Below are positions 1 to 13,501 of a DNA stretch of 64,000 nucleotides, piece by piece. A model generated the notes under the pieces. The model was not told where the DNA came from and did not search any database. It saw only the letters and a program-made list of their open reading frames with translations. Position 1 is the first letter of the stretch. Every line of letters begins with the position of its first letter. Source of the stretch: Chrysomallon squamiferum (Eukaryota > Animalia > Mollusca); the NCBI GenBank assembly GCA_012295275.1, contig CM022671.1, positions 30,070,001 through 30,134,000 of the forward strand. The letters run 5' to 3'. The position numbers were made by a program, and so were the translations under genes.

Positions 1-110
1 TTTGCTTTTTTTTTGTTTCATATATATATATATATATATATATGGATAGACGCTTGTAAATATGCTTTTTTTTTTAATTTACTTACGTATTTAATTAATT
101 AATCAATAAT

Positions 111-145
<35 letters not shown>

Positions 146-483
146 TTTGCTTGTCTCTTGATAATATATTTTCGTACGTATTAGTTTATTTTTTGTCTTA
201 AACTGTTCCATCAAATTATCTGAAAGAAATTTATAACAGGCTTTAGAGAAAAAAGAAATAGAGATGGAATAAATGAAAGACAGACTGATAGATTTTTTAA
301 AAATTTAAATAATTTATTTCTAATATTATTCTCCGGTTGTAGAAGATAGATCTAAATGTCATCTGTCATTTTTGTCGAACTCAGAATTACCTATTGCGTT
401 TAGATCATTTAAACAGATATGCTGAATTTAAAAAAAATTAATAAAAAATAAATAAATACATAACACATATGTTCAGTTTAAAA

Positions 484-522
<39 letters not shown>

Positions 523-1496
523 AATGAAAAATAAAAAATAAAAAATACAAGTTTATTAGAGAAAATAAAATAGTGAAATAAATAAAAGACTTTTTAAAAA
601 TAATAACTTAAAAAAAAAATTGAAAAAATCTGCAACATTAAAGTCCCGTAAAAACTGAAAAGAATGTAAAACAACACAGAACAGAACAAAAAAAAAAAAA
701 TAAATAAATAAATAAAAATTAAAAAATACTGAAAAAGAAAAAGTAGAAATGAAACCAATCCCAAAACTTGCAAATTTTATCACTTCTTGTAAGGAGATCC
801 TGATTTAACACCGGGGTGAACACCGTCGCTTTGGTGAAAATGACACAAGGGGAACATGTCGATGTAGACGAAAAAAAAAAATATATATATTATCATTTTT
901 ATGCGTTGTTCCAGAAATAATAACTGTAGAAGAACGTCGTAGCTAAAGGTGTGTTTGTTTCTGTAAACATCACATTAGCTGTAAAGTAAACATAAAGTTC
1001 AGTTACGTTGGTAGAATGGTTTTTCTTCTTTAATAAAGATGTATGTTAATTTTTAAATAAATAAATAAATAAATATGCCTCTTAGCTAAAGTACTTTTCT
1101 ATGTAAAACGCAATCACTTCCACAGTGTCTATAACAAAGAAGGGTGTATGCGGTCGACCCCTCCCTGGGACCCGCCCCTGAACAGAAGTTGATTGCTTTA
1201 TACAGTGATATAGCTACATTATAGTTAACAGGAAAAATATCAGATTCCTGACATTTATGTATTTACGTTCTAAACTGCGACAGTGTGAAGTGACACAAAG
1301 AGAGTAATGCTCACTGAAATTAAAGAAGCCAATTTTTTTTTTTTAATGGAGTAATACTGTCATACTGCAATTTTTAATTACCTGTCACTTTATTTTATTT
1401 ATTTTATTTATTTATTTATTTATTTATTTATCACTTTAATTTTGTTTTAGTGTTTATTTCTTTTAATTTTATTTATATTAGTTTACTGCTACTACA

Positions 1497-1542
<46 letters not shown>

Positions 1543-1658
1543 TTATTACTACTACTACTACCACCACAACTATTACTACTCCAACAACAACAACAACAAC
1601 AACTACTACTACTACTTATTATTATTATTATTATTTATCATTATTACATTCTTTTTCC

Positions 1659-1693
<35 letters not shown>

Positions 1694-2949
1694 TTCTGAA
1701 ACGACGCTGTAGAAAACATCAACAAAACGTCCACATCAATAAAGATAAATATTAATTAACAAATTAGATGAAATAAACAATGTAAATTAGAGCGCTGGTC
1801 TAAGAAGGTCTGTTTCACGTTCACATTCTTATAAAAGATAACTTGTTGCAGTCGATTTGCATAATAATGGTTGAGCTTGGGAAAAAGAAAAACAGAGTAA
1901 AGAAAGGGAGAGAAAAGTGAGCGAGGGAAAGAAAGAAAGAAAGAGAAAAGAAAGAAAGAAAATTAGAGTAAAGAAAAGGAGAGAAAAAGAGAGATGAAAA
2001 GAAAGAAAGAAAGAAAAGAAGAAAGAAAAAAGAAGGAAAGAGAAAAGAACGAGAGAGTAAAGAAAAAAAGAGGTAAGAAGCACAGACTATACGTAACATA
2101 TAAACGGATACATTAAACACGTCTGTTTGAAATGTTTTTGTATTTGTAACATTTTCTTGCGACATATCAGCTTATCTCACGACTCCCGCACAAACAGCCA
2201 GCCTCGTTAACATTCCGTCTGTCGTCCGACGTGTTGACTTTAATCTCCACTAAAACAATTTATATCAAATCATTGTAAATAAAATGTAGCTATGCCACAC
2301 TGAGTAAACGTGATATCAAAACAGAGGGTTGAGTCCTGCTCAGACACACAGACACACACACACACGCTCTCACACACACCAACAGATACACAGTCGCACA
2401 CGCACAAATATACATACGATGCTTTTAAGTGAAAAAAAATTTGTCAACACTACATTATTTATGTTGCTAACTATCAATCACTTTATTTATTTATTTATTT
2501 ATTTATTCTTAATAAACTTTTATCTTATATTTCATTTGTTATTTAATTAATTACATACCTGTACGTCCATTGTACTCTGAATCTCCACCATACAGTAATG
2601 CGCATGCTCCCAGTTTATCCAGAAATATATGCACTTAATATTAGCAGAAATATGGACGCCAATAATTACCGTGAAATACACGTTATTTTCTGAAGTGCCC
2701 ACCCCAGTAAAGCCTGAAATACATGCTCAGAAATACCACGAAGTGCATATCCCGGTGACCTCTGCGAAGTATGATCCAGTGTTTCTTAAAATGCATATCA
2801 CGAATGTATCTTAAAGTGTGTTAATTTTCATCTTACAGTTCAGATAATTGTTAAAAATATTTTGCTAAGTAAAATATTTAAATAATGTAACTGTGAAAGG
2901 TCATATACTGAAATGAATTAATAAATTTATTGAGCTAGCATTTATCATC

Positions 2950-2968
2950 GTAATAATAATAATAATAA

Positions 2969-2999
<31 letters not shown>

Positions 3000-3052
3000 A
3001 AGAAGAACAACAACAACAACATCATCATTATTTTATTATTGTTATTATTGTT

Positions 3053-3087
<35 letters not shown>

Positions 3088-3125
3088 CATTATTATTATC
3101 ATTATTGTTATTATTATTATTATTG

Positions 3126-3201
<76 letters not shown>

Positions 3202-3324
3202 CATTATTATTATTATTATTTTTTTTATTATTATTATTTTTATTGTTATTATTTTTTTTTTTAATTATTATTATTATTATTGTTATTGTTATTATTATTA
3301 TTATTGTTGTTGTTGTTGTTGTTG

Positions 3325-3368
<44 letters not shown>

Positions 3369-3400
3369 TATTATTGTTATTATTATTATTATTATTATTA
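2950..3400. repeat. Compound (AAT)/(GAA)/(CAA)/(ATT)/(GTT) microsatellite, representative of the many simple repeats in the window
   Basis: Seen directly. Others include (CT)n 14506-14585, 18046-18114, 35328-35378; (GA)n 22906-22977, 41930-42060; (GT)n 52537-52625, 54169-54230; (CA)n 48385-48447; (TATAT)n ~27515-27588; degenerate (GTA)n ~31600-32050. Confidence 0.95.
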
Positions 3401-3738
3401 CTGAAAATGGATGTACATTGTTTGGTCTAGATCGAATCGACGAGGTGTGATCTTTTGACCCTAGGCATATCAGATAAGAAGCTATCCTAGGTTCCCACGT
3501 TTTTGAGTGGGTGAAATAAATTATTTGTTTTCTTTTTGGATCAGTTTTGAGGGCCAGTTCCACCCTTCACACAAGAGAGGAGCAGGTTCGTGACTTCAGA
3601 AACATGGCATACAACGTTTTAAAAATGAATAACATTCGTTAAAAATGGAATAACATTCGTTAATAAAGATATAAACCGTTCGTCCAGTAATAATAATAAT
3701 AAATAAATAAAATAAATAGAATATATATATATATAATA

Positions 3739-3781
<43 letters not shown>

Positions 3782-3808
3782 CGAGACAGTGGTAAGATTC
3801 TTTTTATC

Positions 3809-3846
<38 letters not shown>

Positions 3847-3920
3847 TGTTATTTTTTTTTTATTTTTATATATATATATATTATTATTATTATTTTTTTT
3901 TTTTTCATTTATACTTTTTT

Positions 3921-3968
<48 letters not shown>

Positions 3969-5434
3969 TTTTTTTTTTTTACCCGATTTTATATTTTGAC
4001 ACCGTCTTCTTTGGTATCCAGTTCTTGGCGAATGAATGACTGTGTGCAGCAATGTGGTCCTCGAGGATTTGGAACGACGCGTGAAACAAAACCATCTTAC
4101 CTTCTTACGATGCGCGCGCTGACATGCAGCACGAGATGCTGCTGACTTGTCACGTGGTCACAGTGGCATTCATTGCACAGCAGCACGCACTTGAAGACGA
4201 TCGCTGTGGAAATGGACGACGTTGTTTACATCATCAACGAGCAGGTGTCACGCAATACGTGGTACTTCGAGGCTAAGTGAAAACTGACGCGTGTAAAAGT
4301 GTATCTTGTCTTAACTGCTGTCGTTGATAATGCGAGGTGGAGTACGACTCGAGTTACGACTGTCGTACGTTTAAGTAAGCGAACAATACGTAACGAAAAC
4401 AAACTTTATAAGCGGCAAAGTCGTATAAACACGGCTGCGGTCACGTGCGTGTGTTTGTATGTAATAAACTTGCAAAAAAAAAAAAAACCAACAGATTATT
4501 CGTACCGTTGACATAAAGTGATCGGTTGTGATATTTTAATTAAATCGGTGTAAGTGTTAACTTTCACCCGTGAAAGAATGTCAGCGGTCAGATTTCTGTT
4601 AGTGTTAGGTAACCGGGAAAATAAAAAAAAATAAAAAATAGTTTTTTGTTTATCGATAAACTCAGTACATTTTTAAACTACAGTGCTGTTCATTGATACA
4701 TACTAAAGAACATTAAAAGTGATGAAGGAAAGCTCGATGAAATCCTGCAGAGACTTCTTTATTAATTACAATCAAAAGATTATTTTATACATGCACCTTA
4801 CAGCAACAGATCTTTTACACGTATCTTATAGTCTGAGGCGTAGCGTTCATGGCCAGCGCCCGGGGGTGGGGGCAAGTGCATCACGCCTAATGTACACCGT
4901 GAATGAGTTATGTACGAAAAATGTAATATTATTAGTTTCGCTTAATAACAGATTACATACGGGAGTCCTACATACATTCCACGAAGAGTGTTACACTTTA
5001 CTATTACACGAAAGCCCGACCCAGCCGCTACGAAGACACGAACCTGTCACTTGGAGTACGATTGATAATAATACAAGTCAAAATATAGAGACTGACAAGA
5101 AAAATAACAGGTCGTTGAAGGGAAATGATTACTATCTACGATCCTTCACGAAGCTAAAGGAATCTAAACCGGGTCCTTCAGAATCACCGTTAAGGACCAT
5201 AAGCACTCTTGAAAGGTGTCACTAATTACCGTAGAGAGGCACAATAAACCTGTAAAATCCTGACGATAGCGTTAAGCTGAAATATGTTACGTGTGTGTTT
5301 GTGTCCCGGTGTAATGAATGTTCAATACATTTTTTATATTAATGATTATTTTTGTTTCTGATCTGGTTAAAAGTCAAGGTGTGTATTCTCCAACTTACTT
5401 ATATTACATTATACTGTAATAGTCACCTATACAA

Positions 5435-5466
<32 letters not shown>

Positions 5467-5500
5467 CTAATACAGTAATAACAGCAACAACAATAACAAT

Positions 5501-5545
<45 letters not shown>

Positions 5546-6614
5546 AATAATAATAATAATAACAACAAATAAATAAAAAGTTCAAAACCTTCTGTTCTTA
5601 CGTATTTCGGACGACGCTTTTATTCATTATGAAGTCATAAACGTTTCTACATGACGTTAACTTAGTACAAAAATGATGATCACGAGTGAAGTTATTCATT
5701 AGCTTCGGATTATTACGTTTTTAAGGTAAACATGATCATCAATAGTATTGACATAGTTCAGTAAATTTATATAAAGATAGAAAATGAGAATATATTATTA
5801 TTATTATTATTATTATTTCACATCTCAGTTTTGTAACTAAAATGTTTGTATACACCGGTCTTTTAAAACGAAATAAAGAAAAATATTATAATAGAGACTA
5901 ATCGACAGTTAATAATAACAAAAAAGGAAAAAGAAAAAAACATTTAAAATTTCTAAATAAATAAATAAATAAATAGAACTACGACAGAAATTCAGACACA
6001 TTTCTAGACAGATTAAATTATTTACTTGACTTAAATAAGAAAGAAGGAAAAAAACGAAGAAGAAAAAAGAATGCAAAACAACAACAACAAAAAACCCCTG
6101 TTGTTTTGGCATTCATTAAAGTGTCTCCAGAAACCTGATTTGGTGTTATTAAAGTGGCATTGTCACATTTTACTTTTTTATTGGGAATAAATAAATAAAA
6201 AGTACGGTGCTCGTTACAAGAAGAGTTGAATTACACAGGTATAACAAATTACGACAGTTCAGATATAAATGAGGTTTTCTTCGATCGTCTGTTTTCAGGC
6301 TTACGTTGTAGTTTATCAAGTCATGCTGTGTGTTGTTTCTTCATGTATCCTTTTATACTCAGTTTTGTTTTGTTTTGTCATTTCTCTGCCTATCTGTCTA
6401 TCTGTCTGTATGTCGGTATGTCTGTGTCTGTATGTTTGTCTGTCTGGCTTTCTGTCTGTCTCTCTCTGTATGTCTGTCTATCTGTCTATCCATCCGTCCA
6501 TCCATGTTAGCTGAAAAGAATAGTTTGTATCACATGATTAATATATTATCAAAAAATAATTAGATCGGAAACATAACACCTGGGAACATTGAAAAGTGTT
6601 GAATAATCTTTAAA

Positions 6615-7561
6615 CTTCTTCTCCTCGTCCTCTTTCTCTTCTTCTTCTTCTTCTTCTTCTTCTTCTTCTTCTTCTTCTTCTTCTCCTTCTTCGTCTTCTT
6701 TCTTCTTCTTCTTCTTCTTCTTCTTCTTCTCCTCCTTCTTCCTCCTCCTTCTTCTTCTTCTTCTTCTCCTCCTCCTTCTCCTCCTCCTCCTTCTTCTTCT
6801 TCTTCTTCTCCTCCTTCTCCTCCTCCTCCTTCTTCTTCTTCTTCTTCTTCTTTCCTCCTTCTCCTCCTCCTCCTCCTCCTCCTTCTTCTTCTTCTTCTTC
6901 TTCTTCTCCTCCTCCTCCTCCTTCTTCTTCTTCTTCTTCTTCTTCTCCTCCTTCTCCTCCTCCTCCTTCTTCTTCTTCTTCTCCTCCTCCTCCTTCTTCT
7001 TCTTCTTCTTCTTCTTCTCCTTCTTCTCCTTCTTCTTCTTCTTCTTCTTTCCTCCTTCTCCTCCTCCTCCTCCTCCTTCTTCTTCTTCTTCTTCTTCTTC
7101 TTCTTCCTCCTCCTCCTCCTCCTTCTTCTTCTTCTTCTTCTTCTTCTCCTCCTTCTCCTCCTTCTTCTTCTTCTTCTTCTCCTCCTCCTTCTCCTCCTCC
7201 TCCTTCTTCTTCTCCTCCTCCTTCTCCTCCTCCTCCTTCTTCTTCTTCTTCTTCTTCTTCTCCTCCTTCTCCTCCTCCTCCTTCTTCTTCTTCTTCTTCT
7301 TCTTCTCCTCCTCCTTCTCCTCCTCCTCCTTCTTCTTCTTCTTCTCCTTCTCCTCCTCCTCCTTCTTCTTCTTCTTCTTCTTCTTCTTCTTCTCCTCCTT
7401 CTCCTCCTCCTCCTCCTTCTTCTTCTTCTTCTTCTTCTTCTTCTCCTCCTTCGCCTCCTCCTTCTCCTCCTCCTTTCTTCTTCTTCTCTTCGTCCTCCTT
7501 TTTCTTCTTCTTCTTCCTTTCCTTCTCCTCCTTGTCCACCTCCAGCTCCTCCTTCTCCTTC
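6615..7561. repeat. Compound (TTC)n/(CTC)n trinucleotide array, ~0.95-kb polypyrimidine/polypurine tract
   Basis: No A on the + strand from 6615 to 7537 and only a handful of G. Alternating TTC and CTC blocks. Confidence 0.97.
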
Positions 7562-7983
7562 ACCTGTATTTAATAATTCACAGTACACTGATGACACTAT
7601 TCACACCTACCATCCAACATCCAGGACGACTGTTTCAAAAAACTGCCTCGTGAGAAAATGTCTTAATCTTCCTGTGTGTGCATCGCCGTCTTAAATTATT
7701 TTGTTATCACGCAAACAGCGTTATATCTGGCGATACAGTATACTGCAGAAAAACGAGCGTAATACCCTTAAATGCGCTACGTCTATTAAACAAGGTGTCA
7801 CTTCCTCACCTCGGTCGGGCACGGATCGATATAGCAACATTTATAAATGTCGAGATAGCTCGGGAGTACAGAAACTTTGTAATCCCGCTGACAAACAGAA
7901 GTTTTACCCACGCACGCAGCATCTGAAATAGTTTTTTTTTTTTTATTTTTTTTTTTTTCAAAAAAAAACAACAACTAAAATAT

Positions 7984-8130
7984 AAAGTTTGTTTTGTTTA
8001 ACGACACCATTAGAACACGTTGATTAATTTTCTCGCGAGTTTCTGATATTTGAGTCTAGATTGAAATCAGCTGCATTTTTAGTTTCCTTTAGCACCGAGG
8101 GACCTTTTATGTGCCTATTCCCTCCGTATA
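7984..8130 (-). mobile_element. Decayed fragment of a gastropod SINE-like interspersed repeat
   Basis: AAAGTTTGTTTTGTTTAACGACACCAtTAGAaCACgTTGATT...GGGAcCTTTTATgTGC resembles, from memory, a high-copy repeat of peltospirid/vetigastropod assemblies. Not verified by search. Confidence 0.45.
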
Positions 8131-8335
8131 CTTTGAAGCTTTGTATTAATAACATGGTCGATAGAGGGACACCGGTATGAACGGGAAATAACTTATTGGG
8201 TAAATCGAAAGAGTAGTTCAAGTTTGATAAGTACATCCTCAAAGTCTGTTGTGTGAAATACATTAAACTTTTCTTCCTTGTCTGTTCCCATTATAATTAT
8301 GATTCATTTGAGGTTTTTATTTATTTATTTATTTA

Positions 8336-8397
<62 letters not shown>

Positions 8398-9280
8398 AAC
8401 GTCACGACTAAAATTCTAAATTCCTAGTTCATTTAAAACAAGTTTTAGATATCAGACAATGTTGTGTATGTGTTTTTTATTTCGTCTTCTTCTTTTTCTA
8501 CGTCTTCATCTTCGCCTGCCTTGACGTCAGCCCTGCTGTCATCATCATTGCCTTCTTCTACTTTGTCGTCGTCACGACCATGGTGGCCATCATCATCATC
8601 ATCATCAACAACATCTTCTTCTTTTCATATCCTGTTCTTTACCTCAATCATTATTTCTAAAATAAATAAATAAATATATAAATTATTTTTTTATTTTTTT
8701 TTTTAAATTTCATTAGTATGACGTAACAACAGTGCTAATCAACGACGTATGTCAACGTGAGCATTCGCTTCTTTTTATCCTTCTGGATTTTTTTTTTTTT
8801 TTTTTTTTTTATTGATGTATGCACGTTCATAATTACTTCTAGATCTGACATCGCTAGGCCAGTAATTTTGGTCGCAGTCATAAAAATAAAAAAATAAAAT
8901 AAAAAATCGGAACTGCGGAATCTCTTGGAAACAAGCATGGCATTACTTGGCAAGAAAAAGAATGTGTAGAGTGTGCACACTGATTTATTGGACTTGATAA
9001 TGTCTGGCAAATTTTCGCCCACACAAGGTGCTTGAGAAATTGTAAATAACAGACTGAGCCGAAGGCTTAAAAGATTTCTTTTATACCCTTCTGCTTCTTC
9101 ATTTTTTTTTTATAATCCCCCCTCCCCTTTGAATGAAAAGTCTTTGATGAGTGCTTTAACGAGAGCAGCAGAAAACCAGACGGAAAGCACTCTGTTTCAA
9201 CTAGCTACTCTTTTAATGACTTTATTAGTTCCAAAATGGCTGCGTCGATCGGTAGCGTGTTTGGAACTTGAAGGAAATCT

Positions 9281-9296
9281 TGCCACCAGATGGCGA
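9281..9296 (+). promoter_or_regulatory. CTCF-like motif, forward (TGCCACCAGATGGCGA)
   Basis: 13/14 match to the core CCASYAGRKGGCRS, within a locally GC-richer non-repetitive patch. Confidence 0.55.
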
Positions 9297-9715
9297 TGTT
9301 TTCCAATGCTCGAAAGAACGAGTGGCCGACTTGGCTGGTAATGGAAAACATTCTTCAGCAGCAGTTAGACACAAACGAGAGTGTGAGATGCCCGTTTGGC
9401 AGATGATCGGCTTTTAGCGGGACTGAAAGAGAGAGTTTTGTAAGAAGACCAAACAAACGTTTAGAGCCAGGATGAAAGTTACGATTCCTGACTTCTAAAC
9501 ACGTCTGCAAACACCGCGGAGCGTCACGTGTTTTGCAGGTTTGAGGTGAACGTGACGTTGTTAACAAGGGCGGGTACAACACTCTACGTTTCTTCATTAA
9601 TTTCAGTGATGTACTTGATTGTGTATGTTTTTATATATATATGGTGAAATGATGAAAGTGATGAAATGGTGTCTTGGTTGGGTTCTTTTTGGTGTGGTTA
9701 TTTTTCGCAAATCTA

Positions 9716-9751
<36 letters not shown>

Positions 9752-9768
9752 TTTACTTACTTACTTAC

Positions 9769-9799
<31 letters not shown>

Positions 9800-11259
9800 T
9801 TTTATTATATTTTTTATTTATTTAAATTTTCTATTATTATTTTATTTCATTTCATTCATTCATTCATTCAAAGATCAGAATCAAGACTAAGATAATTCCT
9901 AAGTGCATAGATCAAAATAATTGTCCAGTGTTGTTCAAATCGCAACCTGGGTTACGAATTATCCTAACGCGTCAGTGAAATTAATTCTGAAATGTGTTAC
10001 TTGGCAGTTCTGGTATTTGTTTAACATCGACGTTTTTCCGGTAGATCAAAGCTAGACATTCCGTGAGTCATAGTGTCCATTAGATATTTTTGTACATTAG
10101 TTAGTTTCAGTGGGACAGATACTCATGTTTGTCCATAAGTATCTTGGTACCTGTAAGGTATACGCCTTTTGTCATGAAGGCAAATTAGGCAGTATTGTAC
10201 GTTACTCGTTATGGATAATAATGAGGTGTATTAGTTCCAGTGGTACATTAGCTATGACGCTGCAGTATTCATGTCATTCTTATTGCTTTCTAGAGGGCGA
10301 TACATAATATGTAACCGTCTTTCAGAAAAATCAGTTATATGGCTGAGTCTTTTTAAAGCGGTGGTTATGAGCATTTCTGAATGGTGAAATCCTGGATGTT
10401 TGCTGATACCAAATACGAAAGGATACGATTAATTGTCATTTTTTAAAAACACCAACAAGAAAAGGCATTTACTGAAGTCTAAATACTGGTATGTTGTTAA
10501 TGTAATGTTCAGTTATCTTAACTTATTTATGCATTTTGCTGGATCTGGCGACTTAAGACTGGTTTTGTTGCTGAGTGTCACATTTTGTACTTGACGAAAC
10601 GTTCATATAATTTACACCTAACCGTTTTCCCATTAACTGTGACACAAGTTCGTTAACCACAAACTACTGATACGCAAAAACTGTTAAATTCATCACACTT
10701 TGGGGTTCTTTTATGCAATAAATGTTATTTCCAAATCATAAAACTGTCATAAAATTTACTGTCCACTTTCTTCCCTTATTCATTTTGAAAACGTGCAAAT
10801 ATTTGAATTTTTTTCTCTAACGAAAAGCTTCTCTCTGCTGTCTTCTTTATTTCCACTGTTATCTACACGGCTACTTATTCGTCCATCCATCACTTTATTT
10901 TTATTTGCTGGCACGCGCCCTCGATGTTCCCATTCATCACGGAGGTATTTGTACTGCCAGCTCTAAATGCTCCGACTCAAGTTGTCGGCCAGATTGTATC
11001 ATGCACTCCATTATTCTGCCAGTTTAGAAAGTAAAACATGTTGATGTCCTGTTCCAACACACGAGCTGCACGAGAAAACAAGTGTACACAATGATTACCG
11101 CTTGTCCTGCTGAACTTAACGACATATTTATTACGGAAGGTAACCGTGCCGATTTTTTTTTTTTTTTTTTTTTCTTTCTTAATTTCATCTTTAATTTTAA
11201 TATGAGCAGTAATACGTTAAAAAAAAAAAAAAAAAAGTAAAAAAAAAAATGTTTCTTCT

Positions 11260-11509
11260 GTCCTTTTCAAAACAGAAGTTTCTCGATGTAGCCCCTTTAA
11301 TGATTTATTTAGAATGACGTAGCTAGTTATTTTATTTTTAAACTGTAATGCGTAAAAAGACAAAAGTCCCTGCTGTCTTTTGTAAACCGAATTTTTCTCG
11401 ACGTTGTCTCTTTAATGATTTATTTGGAGTAATGATGGTAGTTATTTTTGTACTATATGAACTCTAATGAGTAAAAAAAAATAATAATAATAAAAAATAA
11501 AAAATTATA

Positions 11510-11554
<45 letters not shown>

Positions 11555-12270
11555 AATAAATAAATAAATATAAAAAAATTAAAAAGTCTGTTGTCGTTTT
11601 GTAGGCAGAATTTTCTCGCTGTACCCCCTTTAATAATTCATTTACAATAATGTAGCAAGTTATTTTATTTTCCTCCGAATATGAACTGTAAAAAATTTTT
11701 TTTTAAAAACTTTAGCCCCTTTAATATTTGTTTTTGTTTTGATTTGTTTGTTTTTTTCTATTTTTCTGAGTATAAACTGGAATATTTAACAAGAATGTTT
11801 TTTTTTTTTTTTTTTTCCGATATAGCCCCTTTATTAATTAGTAAACTAGTTTCTTTTATCTTTTTTTTTTTTTTTTTTCTTTTTTTCACCTCGAATATAG
11901 ACTGGAATACACAAGACTGGAAAAGAATTTCTGTTCTTTTATGAATAGAATTTTCTCGATATATCATTTTTTTCAGAGTATAAACTGCAATATATAACGG
12001 AAGAAAGTAATATCTGACATTCGTTTTGTAAACAGAATTTTCTCGATGAAGGTCATTTAATAATTTATAGAACATAATGTAAATTAGTTATTTTAATTTT
12101 CCTTGAAAATAAATCAGGATGTATGACAGAAAAACAAAACAGAATTTTCTCGATGTTGCCCCTTTAACGATTTATTTACAGTATTGTAGTCAGTTGTTTT
12201 ATTTTTTGTTGAGTGTAAACCGGAATTATGTAACAAAATAAAATAAAGACTTTCTGCCCTGTTGTAAACG
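11260..12270. repeat. Degenerate ~110-130-bp tandem repeat, about 8 copies, interrupted by A/T runs
   Basis: Recurring aaacagaattttctcgatgtagcccctttaatgatttattta...gtagctagttatttt at ~11271, 11385, 11604, 11815, 11945, 12030, 12138. Confidence 0.8.
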
Positions 12271-12394
12271 AAGTAGTTCCTTTGTAGCATAATTCAGTTG
12301 AATGTGATGGGTTCTTTTAATTAAAATAATTCAAAAGTATCTGGATATATTTCTTTAATTAACAAATAAAATGCATAGTAGATAGATATTTCTT

Positions 12395-12429
<35 letters not shown>

Positions 12430-13178
12430 TCTGGAAAGGTTAATTATATTATTCAAAATATTCAAGATAGTGTTTTTTTTTTATTATTGTGGTTGTTGTG
12501 GTTGTTTTTCTTGTTGTTGTTATTATTATTATTATATGAATCATATCAGGCTTATTATTTATTTTCATATTCTGTTATGAGATAATTGCTAAATATTTAA
12601 ATTTCAGGAATTCTAAATGCAATATAAATGCAAAAATGCATAGATACTCAGATACATATAAATACTGACAGACAGAACGATATAGAGACAGACAGACAGA
12701 GAGAAAGACAGATAAAAACACAATCACACACATATACTACAGTCGCATAAACATACAGACAGGTACAAAATAATTTATCATTATTCTAACAGATACCATC
12801 TTCTGCACATTACGTTTGATAAAATCCAGGTATATACTGTAATAGTTACTACTGTTTGTTTGTGTTAGTTACTCTTGTTTGTTTGAGTTAGTTACTCTTG
12901 TTTTTCTGTTTCACGGAAGCGAATCAGAACGAGGTTTAGAATAATCTCGAAACAGATCACAAAGTAATCGAACGTGTCCTGGTTACTGTAGCAAAATATC
13001 TATTCAGACACAGTCGCTGTAAACTTAATGTCAAAAATCTTCCATCTTTTTTGTTGTCGTTCATTGAGCAGAAATACATATACTGTAAAAGAAATAATAA
13101 TTATATCTATAATTCAAGATAAAGTAATTATATAATCTAAGGAAAGATTATGTTTACTATAATAAGGTTTTATTTGAA

Positions 13179-13223
<45 letters not shown>

Positions 13224-13329
13224 TGTCTGTGTTCATTTAATAAAATATTTAAACTATTGATTATCTCTTTAGAAAACAGAAATATATAAGTAAATAATGT
13301 ATCTCTTCATGTTATAATATTGTAACTAA

Positions 13330-13404
13330 AATTATATCCAAATATATAAGAATCGTCAACAAATGAATTTATATAAACTTTTATATAAACTTATATATGT
13401 CCTG

Positions 13405-13497
<93 letters not shown>
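13330..13497 (+). repeat. Dispersed repeat head plus (CT)n tail; second copy at ~21670-21877
   Basis: aaatatataagaatcgtcaaca...tttatataaa precedes a long (CT)n in both places. Confidence 0.65.

Positions 13498-13501
<4 letters not shown>

Noticed and set aside
4719-5225. 168-aa ORF in non-repetitive sequence
   Set aside because: No recognisable domain, it appears to cross a MITE-like fragment at ~4845-4890, and it has no convincing splice signals.
6560-7597. 345-aa poly-Arg and 317-aa Glu/Gly-rich minus-strand ORFs
   Set aside because: They are translations of the (GAA/GGA)n array, open in several frames only because the repeat lacks stop codons. No domain content or splice context.
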